In this document: piece by piece, positions 34,991 to 45,690 of the stretch | How the letters are laid out: the number at the start of each line of letters is the position of its first letter | How positions within the stretch are numbered: the first letter of the stretch is position 1 | Assembly (NCBI GenBank): GCA_964035575.1 | Contig: OZ037834.1 | Span: 1,240,001-1,304,000 of the forward strand | Length of the DNA: 64,000 bases | DNA from: Rhynchopus sp. YZ270_cl-10 | Taxonomy: Eukaryota | Direction: 5' to 3' | The notes under the pieces: generated by a model | Databases searched by the model: none | Seen by the model: only the letters and a program-made list of their open reading frames with translations | What the model was told of the DNA's origin: nothing | Made by a program: the position numbers and the translations under genes

Positions 34991-37052
34991 TTTTTGCTTT
35001 TTTTAGAGAAAATGTTGCATAAAGAGAAGCGAGACTGCGAGAAGGGGTATAGGGGATTGGGGGAAAGCACGGAAAAAAAAATCAAAACTGTGTATGAAGA
35101 GAGAGAGAGATGCCGGTAGGGGGGGGAGAAATGTGTGTGGGTGTGTTTTTTTTTGCTAGGGTGGTGTTGTGGGGGGGTATTCTGGGAGGGGATGAATACA
35201 AAAAAAAGTGTGAAGAGGGCAATGAGAGTCTCAGAGTAAACCTTTCATTCCCCCTAACCATAGTAAAAGTAGAGTTGAAATACAACAGCCCTCTCATGAA
35301 CAGTGTACCTTTGGTATGACTGGCTGTACCGGGAGGTGGACACCCCCAACCATGCAGTCCTACATTCCATTTCGTGGTTTATATCTGAAAGAAGGGAGGG
35401 TGTGAAACACTGCGAAATGAGAAATAAGGGAGGGGCTTTTTTTTTTTTTTTTTTGAGATTTGGAGACAATGGAAGGTACTATGCTCCTTTTTTTTTTTTG
35501 AAAACTTTGACAACGTGTACCCCCACCAACGGGCAATCCACGTGACCCGCCCTCCCTTGTTCACGTTTCGTGGAAACCACTGACAATGGAAGGTATTATG
35601 CTCCTTTTTTTCTGTTTTGGGTTTTGGATTTTTTTTTTTTTTTTTTTGTTTTGTTTGTGTTTGGTACTAAAACCATCCCTTCCCTCCACTACTAAGGGGA
35701 TATAATAAAAAGGGGGGCTTTCCGTCCTCGCTCTTCGTCATGTTAGGCGTGTTGTTTGCATGCATTGGGCGTTTGCGTGCAAAGGAAAAGGATTTTTGTG
35801 ACCACAGAACAGCCCTCACAAATTAAAGAAAATGCTATCAGAACAAAACATAAAGCCCTCTCCCGTGCTCCTAGTCGCCTCGGAACATAATAAATATTGA
35901 TTTGAAATACAAAGCCCTCGAATATTGTACCTTGGTATGACCGGCTGTACCGGGGGGGTGGACACCCCCCAACTATGCAGTCCTACATTCCATTTCGTGG
36001 TTTACATCTGATACAATAAAATACATCTGTTTTTTTTTTTTTCAATTCAGGAGAACAGTAAGTACTTGTGAGGGGGAGAAAAAATAAGGTGTGCAGTTTC
36101 AGTCACATCCCCTGACGGTAAGGAATAGAAGTGTTTCGTATACTTTCAAAGTCAAACAAGAGAAAGTACAAAGAACGTTATATACCCCCTACAAGAAAAA
36201 TAGCAACTCTGATAAGTAAAAGCACGTTGATTGCTCAATTACCCTGTTGGAGGGGGTGGGTGATTTGGCGACCGTATATCAGTGTATATCGGAAGAAACT
36301 ATTTCTCCTTTTAAGCTACACTTTGTAGAAGGAAAAGGCTGAGAGACGGAGCGGGAAAAAAGGGGGGTGGGACAAAAACACACAAAACAAAACCTTTGAA
36401 AAATGCATGATCATCGCTGTGCACACATATCTAGATACAACAAAAAAAAAGAACGACACAAGCACAACGTAACCCGTACCAAACACCCCCCATTTTATTT
36501 TGTTTTGCTAGAAACGTAACAGCAAAGGCTTTTGCAGCTCCAATAATAGAGACCCAATTTCTTTTTTTCTCGCGATTCTTTTTTTTGTATTTTTATATGT
36601 CCCCCGGCACAGCTTCTATCAATTACGGAGAATTTTGTTTTGGAATTAACTCGTTCGTTTTAATCTCTCGCTCCATCTTCGTAACATAACATTCTCAGAA
36701 AAATCGGCAGGAATAGCAGAGTTGCCGTGCACGACAGTCTTTGCACTTTTTTTTTCTTTTTTTTCAAAAAAAAAAGGGGGGTATCAAATATGGGAGGCAA
36801 GCCATTTGTGGTCTGTGGTTTTGTGGGTCAAATTCACCCGTTAAACACATGGTTCTGCACTTTAAAAAAAAATATGTTAGGACGATGAATCTAAGACTAG
36901 TATGTTTTAGTCCACCGTACCAAAAAAAAACCAAAAAAAATTCTGATAGACTACTCTCACTCACGGACTGCTATCACCCCACCTTTCGACCAAAAAAAAG
37001 TGAAGTTGATAGTGCAAACGCCTCTGGGACGCAGGCACTGACACTCCGCGGG

Positions 37053-40000
37053 TTATCGAACCCCGGAGTGATGTGCATGGGTGTGGTTTACAGGGAAGCT
37101 GTAAGCAGGTATACAGTCATTACCCCACCCTGATCGGGAAGGGGGGACAGCATGATTTAAAGATTCAAGAAAAGCACGTGTTTTGGCACACAACACTGGG
37201 CGTCTGCTGAATCCGATGAGCGCCGGGGCGCCGACGGAACGGAGGGAGTGCACACGATCCCTCTTCACACCAGGGAATGGGGCGCGGCGGAGATTCGCTG
37301 TTAAAGCTCGCATGTTAGCCTTGACGATGAGCCTTTGCATGACCCGCCCACGTTCACGGATATTAGAGGTCTGTTTGGCGAGGAAGACCCTTGTGCGCAA
37401 TTCGAAGTCGACCGCGAGCTCGACACACGACACGTCGCGGGGTTCTTTGCTCCACTCGAGCGTAATCACCCACCACAGGAAAGCTTTCAAAGTGAACGCC
37501 TCCCTATAGCTGGAGGAAAAACTAGGCCGTAGCTTGGTCAGGTAAGTGCGGAAGGGGGTATCGCGTTTAGAGGCAGCAAATGTGAGATTCCAAGGATGTA
37601 CAGCCGGGGCCACATCCGTTGGATTTGAGAGGGTCGTGTCGATCGTGGTGACGGCATCGAGGAGAAGAGACTGTACCGCCTTCACCGCCACCTTGTTCAC
37701 ATTGGAGGGCACAATGCCGTGCAGCACAAATCAGGTGGGCAGCCCCTTGCCATAGAGGCTGATGGCCGACGCATGTAAGGCAGTGAACGCCGCTGTGTGG
37801 ACAATGCTGCAGTGCCACAGTAGGTGGCGTGTGTGGCATGTAACCTGGATGAGGCACAAGGGGCATTTATCGCTGAAGTCTGCCTCGGGTAAGCCACTGC
37901 GCTTGAGCCCTGCTGGATGGCAGAAGAGGACTCCGCCACACAGAACACGTCGCATCCGGAAAGCCTTGAGGGGGTCGTGGTACTGTAGGGTGTGCCACAG
38001 GGCATTGGTGGCGCGGGTGTCAATGCCGTCGCTTATGCCGTCGTACGTAGGGCGTTTACTCTGCAGATCATCCCAGACCGCCGTACGCGCCAGAGCTCGC
38101 ACTTCATGGGCCCTCTTGGCTTTGTCTGTCCCGATGATGGGGATAGTCTTCGCGGTTGCAGACGTAGACGTCACTGCCCTCATCTCAGGGTCCCAACTCA
38201 CGTCACATCTGCGGGAGGCGGCGAGGACAGACCCCACTGGACCAACTGCATGCATAGGTGTACCCCGGGTTGCCAGGGTCTCGTACCTCTCTCTGATGCT
38301 CATGCACCTCTGGCGTATGGCGTCATTGCGTTCCACACTGGCGGCGTAAGCTCTGAACGTCCTGCATATTGCACTCGAGAGGGGGTGTGCCACGTGCGCC
38401 TTCAGGCAGAGTGTGAGCAGTGCATCCACTGAACGAGTAAGGTAGGTGGGGCCCCAGCAGCACATCGCCACCGCCGTCGATAATTCATTCATCACTGACT
38501 GAGGGGGCATGTTGAAGGCGGACTCATATAACACTGAAGGGAGGATGGCAGAAGTGGCGATAGACACCTTCTGGGAGAAGGAGAGCTGTGTCGCACCCAA
38601 ACATGAGAGCGCCCTAATGGCTGACTGGTATACCGTAGCGTTGTAGCGCCCCTTGCTCCGTAGGGAGCTGTACATCATCACGCCAAGTGAGCGAAGCGAC
38701 TTAGTTGTCTGGAACACATGATTGTCCTCAGACTTCAGCGTGCATTTGTGGTTCTTCAGCGATGAGAAGGCAAAGGTCTTCGCCATGTTGAGGCGCATGC
38801 CTGTGAGGCGGCAGAAGTCCTCCACTCGCAACAGACACGCCCCCACCGAAGCTTCGCTATGGCGAGACAGAAGGTATGCGTCGTCAGCAAACGACCGTAC
38901 AAACGCCTCAGGTACCTCCGCCGTGATGCAGTGCGTCAGGACCGACATCAAGGCGTTGATGAGCACCACAGAGAGTGGGCACCCCTGCAGGATCCCATTC
39001 GTCACGGAGTACGCCTCTCCTACGCCGGAGGGCAGCTTGAACCGCCGTCTCAACGTGGCGTACATCGCTCGTATAGGTGTCATGATCCTGGGGTGAAGCC
39101 CCATCTTTTCAACAAGATCTAAGGTGAGGCCTTGCGGTACGCGATCGAAGCATTTCGCAAAGTCTAGTGCCAGTCCGTGTAGCGGTTCGCCACCGAGCAG
39201 AGCGTCCTCCATCTGTGTGAAGACGTCATACAGGACATCGTTCGTGCTGTGCTTTGGGCGGAAGCCATGTTGCGACGGGTGTGCCCATTGTTCCTGCCAT
39301 TGTTGAACTGCCTGCAGGCGTGCGCAGGCCCATAACCGGTATACCGCACTGGTCACAGTCACAGGACGTAGCTTCAAGGGGGACTGGTCTTCGCCTTTGG
39401 GAAGGAGCGTCACCAGGGCGGTCAACAAGGCTTGTGGCCACACACCGTTCGTTTCTATCGTGTTGAACACTCGAGCAAAACCTTCCAGTATGCATAGGGG
39501 CATCGCATGAAGTTCCAATGAGCGCCAGCCATCAGTTCCGCAGGCGTCCGTGCGCTTACCTTTCCTGTCGAGCGTTCTACGCAAGTCAGCACCACTTAGT
39601 GGGTCTAGGGACATCGGGGAATTTGCGACGAAGCTGCCGAAACGTTGCTCGAAAGAGGCGAGAGTTGGCTCGGGATGGTCGTGGTCGTATAGGTTGAACA
39701 CTGACTTCCACTCATCACGCAGTAGTTTGTCCATCTCCCTGTGATTGGCCGTAAGCACACCGTCCTCTCCCCGAAGGGCGGAAATAGGAACACCCTGTTT
39801 CCCCATGCACCACGCTGTGAGTTTCCGTCGCTCGCTGCTAAAATCCACCTTCAGCTTGGTGGTGTACTGCTTCTCGCGTTGTAGCCGGGTATTGCGTATC
39901 TCGAGGTTCATAAGCGCCTTGGACTTGTTCAACAGAGAGTTAAGGATCTGTAGCTGCTTTTCGAGCGCGGGTGGGACTGTCGTCTCCTCGGACCTCAGCA

Positions 40001-41495
40001 ACTTGAGCGTGACTGCGGTGCGGAACACTTTACCCCAGGCGTTACGCACAGGATTCTCCATCACCCCACCAGGACAAGATTCTGTCTTCGCAATGAGGTC
40101 CGTGAGCTTATACTCAAATTTGGCAAGTTGGTCCTGTCGGGGGGAAGACCCACCAACAGACGCCGGTCGCGTAGGTGCACACACCGGTTTCAGCACAGGA
40201 TGGGGGATCTTGGAGCGGCCGCAGAACCCTTTGGAGAGCGTGTCACCAGCTGCCTTTGCCGCGAGCAGGAGAAACTCTTCCCCAGCCAGCGCGATCGCTT
40301 CCCACGCATCGTCAATGTCACCGGACGCAAGTGTAGCGGCACAGTTGTGTTGTTGTAGAAGGTTCTTGCCGACTGTCTCAGCATTCGCCACCGTCCCAAG
40401 TTCCGGCATCTGTTTGGGGATGGTATACCGAAGTGTCGACTCTGTAAACACAGAGAGGCAGAGTCGCACGTTGACGGACTTGTGGCTGGGGATGCAGTTG
40501 ATACGATGTGTCCAACAGCTATGGACGGCATGTGCAGCGACGCTGTTCAGCAAGATGTAATCGATACGGGTCCCTGCTGAGTCTTTGCGGGTGAACGTGG
40601 CAGGGGGCTTGCCGTCATCCCCAGTGCTGCCCAGGAGCGCGACGTCGCACCAGTCCTTGGCGAGTGCTTTCCGCAATGTTGGTGATCTTTCCACATCAGT
40701 GTTGAGGTCGCCGCACACAATCAACGGAACGTTACCCAGGGTTTCTCGAAACTTCACAAGCACTGTGTGGAGGAGTTCTTCGCGTGCAGCAACTGTAGCT
40801 CTTGGCGTGTCACCTGACGGGGCGTACACATTCACCACATGCAGGAACAGACGGCCGGAACCAAGCGCTACGCGCGTGTGCACCACACGTTTCCTCAGCT
40901 CGGGCTTCAGAGAAGACGTCAGTTCGGTGTCCAGGAACATGATGCCCGGTCTCTTCAGCATGGTGGCCACTCCCCCACGTTCCCCAATGTGTGGACTGCG
41001 GAGGCCATGGACGAGTGTGCCATCCATGGGGGGGCCCCATTCTGGAGACCAGACTGTGGTGAAGAAGTCGTTCATCTCCAAGATCTTGGACTCGGTCAAC
41101 TTTGTCTCTTGTAGACACACTATATCGCACTTCAGGTCGCGTATGATATGTGCGTAGTTCTGTAGGGATGTGCAGTTGATGGTGGTTAGCGTGAGGGTGT
41201 TCTCAGCAGCGGAGCAGCACGTACGCGAGGAGGAGGATCTATCCGTTGAAGAGGAAGAAGAAGAAGCAGAGGTAGAAGAAGATGTGTCTGAGAGTGACGG
41301 GGGGAAAACGGGGCGAGGAGAAAACGATGCCAAGGATGATGATGATGATGATGATGATGAGGAGGAGGAGGAGGAGGTACGGTTTGGGAAGTGGCGGGGA
41401 CCAGGGCGCGTTTCGATGCACTCGCGAGGAAGCTGCTCGTAGTTGTAGGCGGCGAGTGATTCCGGAAAACGCTTCGTGCTGTTGGTGTGGGGGAG
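37053..41495 (-). CDS. LINE pol region: APE endonuclease + reverse transcriptase + C-terminal domain (one internal TGA at 37731-37733)
   Basis: APE motifs TINC, CLQETK, GDLN, RIDY. RT motifs LRPV, QHGFR, LDFAKCFDRV, GILQGCPLS, FADD. CPLC...HLLWHC. The same frame continues past the TGA as FVLHGIVP to the TAA at 37053. Confidence 0.9.
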
Positions 41496-43127
41496 TCAGT
41501 CGCGCTTAGGTGACGAGGCCGCCCCGGTGAATTGAGGGCGGGAGTAGTCGTGGGATTTACCGTCCTGCGCATTCGGGATGTGGATGGCTCCCTTGAACTG
41601 CCTCATCTTGCGTGTGGGCCGGTCCTCCGGGACCGTCTCGCGAATGAGCAGGGGTTCGTGATAGTCCCCTCGCGCTATCTTCGTGAACTGGGGTCGTTCC
41701 TGTGCGCACACGATGATCACATGCTGGCGTTTCTTTTTGTATGAGGAGACACACTTGCAGTCGAATCCCGAAGCCTGGAGGGTTTTGACGATGTCCTCCC
41801 TCAGCTCGTACTGGCGCGCTCCGAGGACGGTGTACTTCATCGCCCGAGGGTCCATCAACGGCGTCACATTGTTCACCCCAATGTCGTTGACCGCCTCCGC
41901 TGTCGCGTAGTTGTTGGTGAGGCGGATGCCGAGGCCCCCCCCGCTGCCGATCACCAGTCCCAAGGTGGTTTCCTCATGGGAGTTGCAGAACTCCCACGCG
42001 TGGTCCATTGTGAGGGCCCGGTCAAGCCACACCACTGCGTAGAGGTCCGGCTGATACGGTACGTGGGACACGGCTGTCATGAACAGCCCCTCATGGCCGG
42101 AGAGACGTAACAGTGGTGCCAGGCGTTCGTTCTTAACCCTCAGCTGGATCGACAGCTGGTAGTCGTTGGTCCTCACCTTCCAGACGTCCCTAGGCCCCGG
42201 GGAGAAGCCCGCTTGTTTGCAGCGGGTGGTGACGAGTGAGCCGAGCTCAGCAGTCGGATTCGCCACTGCTCGCGTCCACACATCCGCGTGCACTACGTGG
42301 GCCTTCGACAGGATGAGTGCTACGATCGTTGTAGACGTCTGGTTGTTCACACTGGTCTCGCGGCATACCTCTGGGGCCCATGTCCAGGTGGGGGTGCGGC
42401 ACACGAAGAACTGCCTGCGGGTGTAGCCGGTTTCGGCGTCGGCTTTTCCCTGTACAAGGGTCGTCACAGCGTCGGCGCAGAACTTCGTCTCGCAGAGGAC
42501 GGCGCACGCAATGCTCTCCTTGCGGTCGCAGCGCCTCTTCACGCGTTCCCACGCCTCTTGCGCGCTCTTCTTGTTGGTGGCGAGGAAGGTCCCCGCTGGC
42601 TGCACGTCCAGCTCTGCCGCATCAGACACGATGGCGGCGCCGAACTGTTTCGGCTGGACCATCCACAGAGGGGCGGGGGTGGCGAACGGCCCCTTGCGGC
42701 GTCTGACCACGTCGGTCCACGTCCCGTTCTGCAAGTGCACGGTGCCTTTGTGCTGCTTGCTGGTGTCGCTGTTGTTGCGGTAGTTGTTGTTGTTGTTGTT
42801 ACTGTTGTTGTTGTTGTTGTTGCGGTGGTTATTGTTGTCGTTGTTGTTACTGCCGTTGTTGTGTTTGGCACTGTTGTTGCTGTTGTTGTTGCTGTTGGTG
42901 TTGCGGTTGATGTTGTTCGCGCTGTGTTTCATTGCATTGGTGGTGGTGGTGGTGGTAGCGGCGGCGCCCTCCCTCGTCACAGGCACCTCCGTCTTCGTCG
43001 TCGTACCCCGGGCCCCAATCATGTCCAACATGATATCTAGGATTTGCAGAATCCTGTCCCGGTCTTCGTCCGTCCTTGCGCTCTTACTGAAGCGCCTCGC
43101 CTTCTCGAGCATAGCTTCATAAGACAT
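41496..43127 (-). CDS. LINE ORF1-like protein (543 aa, Asn-rich low-complexity segment)
   Basis: ATG at 43127 (MSYEAMLEK) downstream of a C-rich CAG; directly upstream of, and in frame with, the pol region. Confidence 0.75.
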   Translation of the reverse strand: MSYEAMLEKARRFSKSARTDEDRDRILQILDIMLDMIGARGTTTKTEVPVTREGAAATTTTTTNAMKHSANNINRNTNSNNNSNNSAKHNNGSNNNDNNNHRNNNNNNSNNNNNNYRNNSDTSKQHKGTVHLQNGTWTDVVRRRKGPFATPAPLWMVQPKQFGAAIVSDAAELDVQPAGTFLATNKKSAQEAWERVKRRCDRKESIACAVLCETKFCADAVTTLVQGKADAETGYTRRQFFVCRTPTWTWAPEVCRETSVNNQTSTTIVALILSKAHVVHADVWTRAVANPTAELGSLVTTRCKQAGFSPGPRDVWKVRTNDYQLSIQLRVKNERLAPLLRLSGHEGLFMTAVSHVPYQPDLYAVVWLDRALTMDHAWEFCNSHEETTLGLVIGSGGGLGIRLTNNYATAEAVNDIGVNNVTPLMDPRAMKYTVLGARQYELREDIVKTLQASGFDCKCVSSYKKKRQHVIIVCAQERPQFTKIARGDYHEPLLIRETVPEDRPTRKMRQFKGAIHIPNAQDGKSHDYSRPQFTGAASSPKRD

Positions 43128-43236
43128 ATGATGATTGATTTTTTTTTTTGTTTTGATTGATCTGTGAGGGGGGGGGAGGGGGGGGGAGACCCCACGGCCG
43201 ACACGCCCGAGCGGAACAGCAAGCGTATTTGACGAC

Positions 43237-43275
43237 CAATGAAGTACAGAAACTGTAGCTTTAGAAATCGTTGGT
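43237..43275 (-). other. Genomic copy of a diplonemid-type spliced-leader exon
   Basis: Minus strand reads ACCAACGATTTCTAAAGCTACAGTTTCTGTACTTCATTG, close to the Diplonema SL as I recall it (AACCAACGATTTAAAAGCTACAGTTTCTGTACTTTATTG). A partial duplicate CCAACGATT precedes it. Confidence 0.9.
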
Positions 43276-45569
43276 AATCGTTGGAAAAAAAAGAAAAGAA
43301 AAAAGGCTGACAAGATGAATCCAAGTCTCTCAGCTTTGCCACCTTTGTCACCTTAAGAAACACAGAAAAAAGTTTGTAATGTTTAGTCACTAAACAACAC
43401 ATCATCTTTCGGCTAATTGACCCGAAAAAAAAAAAAAAAAGCTCCACTTCACTATCGACAATACACAACACTGCAACATTCAGACGCAGATAACGGGTTC
43501 TGCTTCGGGATGCCAAAATACAGTCAGAGAAGAAGAATAAAAAGTTGAAAAAAGGAATGTGCCTTGATGTACACACATTTTTAATAGACGCAGAATTTCT
43601 TTTTGATACAACAGTTCAAGGAGAGCGAAGATAAAAAAGACTAATTTCATTACTTTCCGTTCAAAGAAGAGAAAGCAGAGAAAAAAAAAAAAAAACGGTA
43701 AAGATGGAAAACCCGACTCACCTAAAAAAACTGTAGCGAGCAAAAAAAAAAAAAAAAAAGAAAAAAAGAAAATTGTAAGATGCATGTGCCTCTCATGCAC
43801 ACACACATCTAATAATCGCAATAAGCCTAGAACAAAGTCTACCCCATTGTACTTCCCCCCGTTTTTGAGTTTTTTTTTTGGGGGGGGGACATTCTGAGGG
43901 GTTCCTTTCCAATTATTTAAAATAGTTGGGGCTAAAGGGTGGATTTGTTTGCCACTATCACGTACATTTTTTTTTACGTCCTCCATCATGCACTGATTTA
44001 AAAAAAACGATTTGAAAGCGAGACTGATGGAAAGATAACGACACATACTTTTGGAATATGGTGGAAGGACACACAAAAAAAAAAAAGGTGAAGTTGATAT
44101 GTGCAAAAACGCCCTCTAGGATGGACACTGACGCTCCGTGGGAAAATAGCAAACTGTCTCCACCCCCCTGAGGGCTGTACTTAGTGAGTTGGTTGCAGGT
44201 GGATGTAAAAAAAAGTGTCACTTGTCGTTCCCTCACCCCCCTTCTTGTAGTTGTTTGATGCGTTGACGCTTCCACACACACTAAAAATCACCTGTTGGGT
44301 GGTGGTGTTGCGGAGCACGGTTGGGTGAGTGAACGACGTGACACTTTCCGCTCACAAAGTAGTGTGCGTAAAAAAAAAAAAAAAAAAATGGACAAACAAA
44401 CAAACAAAACTTGCAAGATGAATATAGCCTCTCATGCACACACATCTTTCACAAAATGGTAGTTGTTGCTGCAGGCACACCTCCGACTGACCTACGTACG
44501 ATGCCCAGCCATCCGGATGAAAGCACAAAGAAAAAAAAGCAGGGTTTTGGGAAATGAAATTTATCAAAAAAACTGGGTCTGTGTTTTCTTTCATTATTTT
44601 TTTTTTTTAGGGTACTCTCACTTTTTCTTTTGTTTCTTGTCCCCGCCCGCTCGGATTTTTCAGGGAGGGAAAAAAAAAAAAGTGGGCAAAAAAAAAAAGT
44701 GTACAGGGTTTCCACCAAGGTGGACCGGGGTGGGACCATGCCCACCCCATTATTTTTTCCAGAAAAATCCGGATTTTCACAGGGTTCGGGGGGTATATGG
44801 TGACCCCCGAGAAAAATGGGGTTTGAAGGTTGTAGATGACCCCCCGTGGTCATGCGACCAGAGCATTTGGCACGTTGTAGCCGGGCAAGTAGTGGAGTTC
44901 ATCCTCGGGTGTCTACACTAATACAACCAAGTTTTCAAAAAAGAAAAAAGTAGTGTACCGTGCGCCTGCGGCGCTGTGTTGCTGACTACTGCAACATCCC
45001 CGCAAGGTAGAGAACTGCACGCTCCAATCTGAGCCCCACGGTGGAGAGCAATCAAAAGAAAATGGCACGAGTAAAAAAAGTTGGTAACGTGAGCCTGCGG
45101 CGCTGCCCCCCCTTTACCTTACACTGACGGGTTTTGACCAAAACCAAAAACTTGTCCATTTTGGCAAATTGGCCCCACCACACAACGGACGGATTCCGGA
45201 AATGCAAATGCCGGTGTTTTCGGGCACTTTCGTGTTTTCAGACGTCAGGATCAGGGAGAGAAAATCTGGATTTGGTCAAGGACAAGAAACAAAAGAAAAA
45301 GTGTGAGTACCCTTACCTACATTCTAGGACAGTTCATGTCGAAGAGGGGGGAGGGGATATTCATTTCTTTTTCTTTCGTCGAAAAACCAAAGCAAAGAGA
45401 AGCGGTACATCTCTTGCTTGGCGTTCTAAAGGGGTGAGTCAGATGCCAAATTCCTTTCTTTTCCCTTTTGTTTCATTTTTTTAGTTCGCCACATTCCTCG
45501 CAAAAAAAAAAATTTAAAAAAAAAACAAAGAACAGCCATTTTTTTTAAATTTTTGCAAGAACAAAAAAA

Positions 45570-45690
45570 TCCACCTGATTTTTACCCCGCGTACAAGCGC
45601 GTAAAGGCCCGTATAGGCCAAACCCCACCCATTTTTCCCCAGCCTTTACGCGCTTTTCGCGCATTTTCGCGGGTGTAAAAATCAGGTGAA
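45570..45690. mobile_element. Short TCCACCTGA-family MITE
   Basis: TCCACCTGATTTTTAC ... GTAAAAATCAGGTGAA. Confidence 0.7.

Larger units (their letters stand above)
37000..43284 (-). mobile_element. Apparently full-length APE-RT non-LTR retrotransposon (LINE)
   Basis: ORF1-like region, APE, RT and zinc-knuckle-like region. SL-like 5' end, hairpin 3' UTR, A8 (plus strand) on both flanks at 36992-36999 and 43285-43292. Confidence 0.93.

Noticed and set aside
37050..37066. GGGGTTCGA resembling a tRNA T-arm or B-box (tRNA-derived SINE head)
   Set aside because: It is simply the last pol codons (GGG GTT CGA TAA); no cloverleaf or A-box is present.
37731..41498. Genome-wide UGA reassignment or a SECIS explanation for the two TGAs
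   Set aside because: Host ORFs ending at 7859, 9700, 16534 and 32237 terminate in TGA, and the 3' hairpin lacks the AUGA/GA quartet of a SECIS.
43162..43275. A bona fide SL RNA gene, or an SL-gene-specific SLACS/CRE element
   Set aside because: Single copy, not in a tandem array; GTCGTC follows the exon; no SL half at the 3' junction; the element encodes APE rather than a C-terminal restriction-like endonuclease.
43128..43313. N-terminal ORF extensions in the track (also 17719-17865, 51335-51613, 62659-62733)
   Set aside because: They run through SL, MITE or low-complexity UTR sequence; downstream ATGs at the composition boundary are more plausible starts.
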